Position numbers and translations under genes: made by a program
Source of the DNA: a virus
Taxonomy: Duplodnaviria; Caudoviricetes
IMG/VR virus record: IMGVR_UViG_3300031965_000118
Span: 1-29,033 of that record
Length of the DNA stretch: 29,033 nt
Reading direction: 5' to 3' (one strand)
Shown: piece after piece, positions 24,223-29,033 of the stretch
How positions within the stretch are numbered: position 1 is the first letter of the stretch
Layout of the letters: every line of letters begins with the position of its first letter
The notes under the pieces: model-generated
What the model saw: only the letters and a program-made list of their open reading frames with translations
Database searches by the model: none
What the model was told of the DNA's origin: nothing

Positions 24223-26241
24223 ATGCCCAAAGATAATTTTATTATCATCGATCAGTTCCGACAAGGCTGGCATCGGCGAGTTGATCCTTCACGCGTTCCG
24301 CTTGGTGGCTCAATAAAGTCAGTTAATATTCAGCTGACTTCCCGTGGCGGAATCGCTCCCCGGCCAGGAGAGACATTATTGGGAGCGAATAATACGACAG
24401 CAGCGGGAGTGAAATCGTTATACTCATTAAAGAAAAGTGACGGCACGAATATTCTGGTCAAATCATACAGCACGAAACTAGAATACTATAATAATAAAGC
24501 GACAGCCTGGTCGCTGCTGAAAGGGGGATATACCAGCGGACAAGTTTTTGGGTTCAAAGAACACAACATTAATGTTGACGCGGTTGATCTTTCGTATTTC
24601 TGTAACGCGGTTGAGCCGTATTCCCGCTGGGAAGGCTACGAAGCGACACTGGACGGCGCGTTAGCCGGAGCGGAGACGGCCGTCATAGTTGACACGACTT
24701 TGATTCCTGACGTGTATTACAGCGGGACAGCATCAGCCACCACGACAACGACAGTAACGATCGCCACGGCTGATTGGGCGACGGATATTTGGAACGATTT
24801 TTATGTCAGAATAACATCCGGCGCCAAGAACGGGTTTATTTCAAAAATTTCAGCAACGACCTCAACCCAAATAACATTCACGGCAATTAGTGGATTAAGT
24901 GGCACTCCGACATTTGAAATCAGACGACTGGCGGTGCCGGCGACGGGGACGCTAAGTTATAACGATCAGACGGTAGCTTACACGGCTGTCCCGCAAGACG
25001 ACAGGTTTACTGTCGGATCAGCTCATGCCGGAGCGGATGGCGCGGCGGTAACGGTTATGCCAACAGAATATCCTGAAAATCCAAGGGGCAATATTTTAGA
25101 GGCGCATTTGGACTCAATGTTAGTGGCGGGTGAGAAAAGTAAGCCCAGCACGCTTTCCCGAAGCGCGTTAGCTGACGCGACGGATTTCACTTTCAGCTCG
25201 CCCCGGTCAGCGCAGGAAGGTGATGTGCTTTATTTCCCATACGGTGGAAAAGCCATCACCGATGTTAAAGCCCAGGAAGACGCCGCTTATATCATAAAAG
25301 AAGACTCTATTGAATCGTTGCGATACACGCAGGACGGCTCGGATTTAGCGATTATTGATCCCGTGATTCAGGGCGCGGCTGTAGGGTCAAAATCACGGGC
25401 GTGGCGGAAAGGGAATGATATAGTGTTCGCCACGCCGGATAATAAGATCACGAGTATTGGAAGAATTTTAAATAAGGATACCCGGCCGCAAGCGTATGAT
25501 TTAGCCTATAATATCCGCCGGGAAATAGAAGACTATGATTTCGGATCGTTGGTTGGAATTGAGCATATTAACCGGACATACATTGCCGTCAAGTCTGTCA
25601 ACACGGCCACCAATAACGACCGGGTGCTGGTTTATAATAAAGACTATGATGCCTGGGAAGGATACTGGCCGGTGAGTATTGACGCGTTTGCTATTCATGG
25701 CGGGGACCTATACTACGGCGAAGCGTATACTCCCAATATCTATCAGACGGGAACGGGGATAAATAAAACCAAAGGCACGACGACTTATCCGATGAGTTGC
25801 GGTTGGCAGTCAGGATTCATTAATACCAGAGGATCGGGGTTTTATTTGAATGAAGTCAGCAGTCTGGCGGTGGAAGGATACATTACATCAGGAACGACGA
25901 TTAATTTTAATTTATATAAAGATTTCGCCAATACGGCATTCCAGCAATTATCTCTTTTAGGAAGCGAGACACAGTTCCAGGATAATGTCCCTGAATTCAG
26001 TTTACTAGGTGGCGATCCGCTGGGACTTGAACCTTTGGGAGTTAAAGCGATTATTGGCGCGGCAGACGAAGACGGCCGGCGTCATTTCATAGCGTTCCTT
26101 GATTTTCAAATGACGCAAGTAGAATATATTTCAGTTGAGGTCAGTAGTTCAGGTAAACATCAGGACTGGGAAATTATCGCGCTGGGATTGAATGCCACGG
26201 AAAATGTCTTTGAATCACAAGAAAAAATCAAAACAAGTTAA
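24223..26241 (+). CDS. Tail nozzle/tubular protein B-like (P22 gp10-like beta-propeller)
   Basis: 672 aa; NIQLTSRGGIAPRPG N-terminal motif, NDRVLVYN....W blades; synteny. Confidence 0.6.
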   Translation: MPKDNFIIIDQFRQGWHRRVDPSRVPLGGSIKSVNIQLTSRGGIAPRPGETLLGANNTTAAGVKSLYSLKKSDGTNILVKSYSTKLEYYNNKATAWSLLKGGYTSGQVFGFKEHNINVDAVDLSYFCNAVEPYSRWEGYEATLDGALAGAETAVIVDTTLIPDVYYSGTASATTTTTVTIATADWATDIWNDFYVRITSGAKNGFISKISATTSTQITFTAISGLSGTPTFEIRRLAVPATGTLSYNDQTVAYTAVPQDDRFTVGSAHAGADGAAVTVMPTEYPENPRGNILEAHLDSMLVAGEKSKPSTLSRSALADATDFTFSSPRSAQEGDVLYFPYGGKAITDVKAQEDAAYIIKEDSIESLRYTQDGSDLAIIDPVIQGAAVGSKSRAWRKGNDIVFATPDNKITSIGRILNKDTRPQAYDLAYNIRREIEDYDFGSLVGIEHINRTYIAVKSVNTATNNDRVLVYNKDYDAWEGYWPVSIDAFAIHGGDLYYGEAYTPNIYQTGTGINKTKGTTTYPMSCGWQSGFINTRGSGFYLNEVSSLAVEGYITSGTTINFNLYKDFANTAFQQLSLLGSETQFQDNVPEFSLLGGDPLGLEPLGVKAIIGAADEDGRRHFIAFLDFQMTQVEYISVEVSSSGKHQDWEIIALGLNATENVFESQEKIKTS

Positions 26242-26262
26242 TTAATTTTTTATCAAAAATAT

Positions 26263-28065
26263 ATGTCAACGCAAGTATATCCAAGTTCTCCACCAAAAAC
26301 TTTAGCAGTTGATTTAGCGTCAACTGATTCAACGATTATCGTAACCGATATAGAGGATTGGGGCGGAACAGATTTAACAACGGCTCATTTTCCCGGCGAT
26401 TATATTCCGGCGACTTTAATTAATGACGCTAAGACCAAGGTTGAATTTATTTTAATCACCGCTTCAACGATTACTTCAGCGGCCACGACTGGCGCGACGA
26501 TTTTCAAGCGGGGGCTGAAGTATTATGCCGAGGGAGTGACTGCCAGCGATCAGACTGAAGTAACGGCCAATAAACTTGACTGGACGGCTGGTGAAACGAA
26601 ATTATTGATTGGGACTAATCCGCCTAATTTCGTGGCGAAGTTTGCCAATAAGGATAACGCCGAAACTATCGCCGCGGTTTGGACGTTTACTAATCCGAAT
26701 ATCCCTAAAATAGATACATACTCCGCGCCGACTGCTGACACGCAGTTGGCCACGAAAAAATATGTTGATGATACAGCTACGGGATCAACTATTAATTATA
26801 AGAACGTGATCGTATCAGCCACGGCCGGTGAAACAGTCGCGGCCGGTGAAGCGGTATATTTTGATGAGACGGCCGATGAATGGTTGTTGACCGACGCTGA
26901 TACGGCCGCTAAATCAGAGAATATTGTTTTGGGGATAGCCCAGGGCGCGGGAACGGACGGGAACGCGATTACTGGTGGAGTCTTATTATTCGGACGGGAT
27001 GAGAATCAGACAGGGTTAATCGCAGGTGACAGGCTATATTTATCAGCCACAGCCGGAGCGATTGTTAATAGCGCGCCGGGTGGAGGTGCTAATGAGATCG
27101 CCATAGGACACGCTATTTCGGCCACTGTGATGGATTTTAACCCCCGATTTGATACTATCCCCACAAATAACGAAAAAGACGCTCTAGTGGGCGATTCAGG
27201 CACGCCATCGACTAATAATTTATATATTACGGAACTGGGATTACAGCGCTCGGTTGAGGTTTATGCTGTTGACGCTGAAGCCAGCGATACTTATGTGGTG
27301 ACACTTGATCCCGTGCCGGCGGCGTATGTGGCGGGAATGACAATAAGAGTTAAGTTCAATACAGCCAACACCGCCGCGGCCACGATTAATGTTAATGGTT
27401 TAGGGGCGAAGAATATAACAAAGAACGGCACGACAGCGTTGCAGACAGGGGATATTTCAGTGGCGCAAGTGGGAACACTTGTTTATGACGGCACACAGTT
27501 TCAGTTACAGGGAATAGCAAACACGTCCTTAACCGACGGGGGTGACGCGTCAGCGCTGCATACTCACAGTGATGCCAGTAGGCGACTGGCGACAGTTACT
27601 TCAGACATTACTATTACTAACACGACAGACGAGACTAATGTTATTAGTTTCAGTCTTGCCGGAGGATTATTAAGCACGGATAATGTTGTTAGAATTAGAC
27701 TCAATATTATCAATCAGTCATTGGGTGGCGGAGGGACTATAACTTTCGCGCTTAAATACGGGACAACGACTATCGCGTCTTTCGCGGGGATTACATCAAA
27801 TCCGACACTGGTTGACGGTGGATGGATAGAAGCGCATCTGATAGCGTCTGGGGCGACTAATACCCAGGAAGGATTTATTGAATGTATGTTGGTTGATAAA
27901 GATGCTGGGGCTAGCAATGTCGGGCCATATTATGAAAGTAATGTCGGAACAGCGACTGAAGATAGCACGGGAGCGCTAACGGTTGCCGTTACCGTCAAAC
28001 ACAGCGCCGCGTCTGCCAGTAACACCATAACAATAAGTAGTGGATACGCTGAACTCATTAGATAA
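26263..28065 (+). CDS. Tail fibre/spike protein
   Basis: ATKKYVDD, AGETVAAGEAVY...GIA, and ANTAAATINVNGLGAKNITK...YDGTQFQL motifs common in phage fibres. Confidence 0.7.
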   Translation: MSTQVYPSSPPKTLAVDLASTDSTIIVTDIEDWGGTDLTTAHFPGDYIPATLINDAKTKVEFILITASTITSAATTGATIFKRGLKYYAEGVTASDQTEVTANKLDWTAGETKLLIGTNPPNFVAKFANKDNAETIAAVWTFTNPNIPKIDTYSAPTADTQLATKKYVDDTATGSTINYKNVIVSATAGETVAAGEAVYFDETADEWLLTDADTAAKSENIVLGIAQGAGTDGNAITGGVLLFGRDENQTGLIAGDRLYLSATAGAIVNSAPGGGANEIAIGHAISATVMDFNPRFDTIPTNNEKDALVGDSGTPSTNNLYITELGLQRSVEVYAVDAEASDTYVVTLDPVPAAYVAGMTIRVKFNTANTAAATINVNGLGAKNITKNGTTALQTGDISVAQVGTLVYDGTQFQLQGIANTSLTDGGDASALHTHSDASRRLATVTSDITITNTTDETNVISFSLAGGLLSTDNVVRIRLNIINQSLGGGGTITFALKYGTTTIASFAGITSNPTLVDGGWIEAHLIASGATNTQEGFIECMLVDKDAGASNVGPYYESNVGTATEDSTGALTVAVTVKHSAASASNTITISSGYAELIR

Positions 28066-28082
28066 TAAAAATCTATAACAAT

Positions 28083-29033
28083 ATGCCCGAACAAAAAACC
28101 AACATAACCCCTGACAGCGACAATACTGTTTTGGCGACGGAGTTGCCAACAACATCTGAAAAGAGTCAGCTTGATTTGTCGCCGGAATCGGCCACTAAAC
28201 CGATTTATCAGACGCCGCAACAGGTGGCGGAGGTTCGGGCTGAAGTAGCGGCTAAACCTGAATACAGAATGTCAGCCCGGCCGGGTGAGCGGGATATGTC
28301 GGCCGAAGAAGAAAACCGGGCGAAGATGCTGGCCAGCGGCGTGATTTCCTCAACGACGCCGTCGCGGTTAGCGCAAGAGAAAGTTAATCTGTTCACTTAC
28401 GGCGTGGAAGCTCCCGTGTTCAGCGCGGCGATTACTTCCGATAGGTTCGCTGACGAAGTGGGTAAACAGAAAACATCGATTGATCAACAGCTGACAGATG
28501 TTCAGGGACAACTGGGGAAATTGGAAACTCCGGAATATAAATACTATGAGGATTACCGGCCAGAAATACAGAAAGAACGCGATTTGGCGAAAGATATTTA
28601 TGAGAGAACAAAAGAAACTATCCAGAAAGATTTTGAGGTGCGGCAAGAGGAGCAACGGATAACTAACCGGCAACAGACAGGGTTAGCGTCAAAACAACTG
28701 GCGCAAATGGGGGCGTATGGCCGGACAGGTAGCGGCATCTCGTTCATACAACAGGTGCAGGTTCAAAACGAGAGGGAGTTGACAAAGGTTCTTGTGCAGA
28801 AAGAAAAACTATTATTACAGGCCGACGCGGCGTATTTGAGTCAGGATTGGGAGATGTTGAATACTTTAATGAACGAATCTAAGGCGTTGACTGATCAGTA
28901 TAACGATATTCAGCAACAGATGTTTCAGGATCAAATCGCCAGTAACGATCAGTTAATGAAGCAGAACCGATTCGGCTGGGAAATGGAAGACCGGGCGATG
29001 GGCCGCATGTCGGGATTCATTGAAACGGGAATT
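28083..29033 (+). CDS. Probable internal virion/ejection protein (partial, runs off window)
   Basis: Open frame of 317 codons from ATG 28083 (MPEQKTNITPD...); Gln/Glu-rich helical sequence with LAQMGAYGRTGSG; follows the tail genes. Confidence 0.6.
   Translation, partial: MPEQKTNITPDSDNTVLATELPTTSEKSQLDLSPESATKPIYQTPQQVAEVRAEVAAKPEYRMSARPGERDMSAEEENRAKMLASGVISSTTPSRLAQEKVNLFTYGVEAPVFSAAITSDRFADEVGKQKTSIDQQLTDVQGQLGKLETPEYKYYEDYRPEIQKERDLAKDIYERTKETIQKDFEVRQEEQRITNRQQTGLASKQLAQMGAYGRTGSGISFIQQVQVQNERELTKVLVQKEKLLLQADAAYLSQDWEMLNTLMNESKALTDQYNDIQQQMFQDQIASNDQLMKQNRFGWEMEDRAMGRMSGFIETGI

Noticed and set aside
1-29033. Alternative genetic code (stop-codon reassignment)
   Set aside because: Long genes are intact under code 11, and TAA, TAG and TGA all end well-supported genes (e.g. 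TGA for the Cro-like gene, TAG for the helicase)

Overview
The whole window reads as part of a tailed dsDNA phage or prophage genome, probably podovirus-like, with two divergent arms around an iteron-rich intergenic region (~6140-7150). The leftward arm (1-6135) is a replication/recombination module: a P4/D5-type SF3 helicase, a stand-alone CHC2 zinc-finger protein, several tiny ORFs, a Cro/XRE HTH, a putative SSB, a Cas4/AddB-like Fe-S PD-(D/E)XK nuclease, a DUF4406/NDT-like protein and a truncated MT-A70 methylase. It is interrupted by a tnpB-only element bounded by perfect 25-bp inverted repeats, which is unusual for this family. The rightward arm (7158-29033) is the virion module: TerS, TerL, a second internally deleted TerL, portal, scaffold, decoration and major capsid proteins, a beta-helix protein, a fibre with a near-perfect 768-bp tandem duplication, holin-like genes followed by a papain-like protease, adaptor, nozzle, tail fibre and the start of a probable ejection protein. 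Nearly every gene starts T-ATG behind an A/T-rich leader with mostly no Shine-Dalgarno motif, suggesting a CPR/Patescibacteria-like host (inference). Several intergenic regions fold into compact RNA-like structures, including two pseudoknots closed by an outer helix. All protein calls come from motif recognition and synteny; no database search was run.
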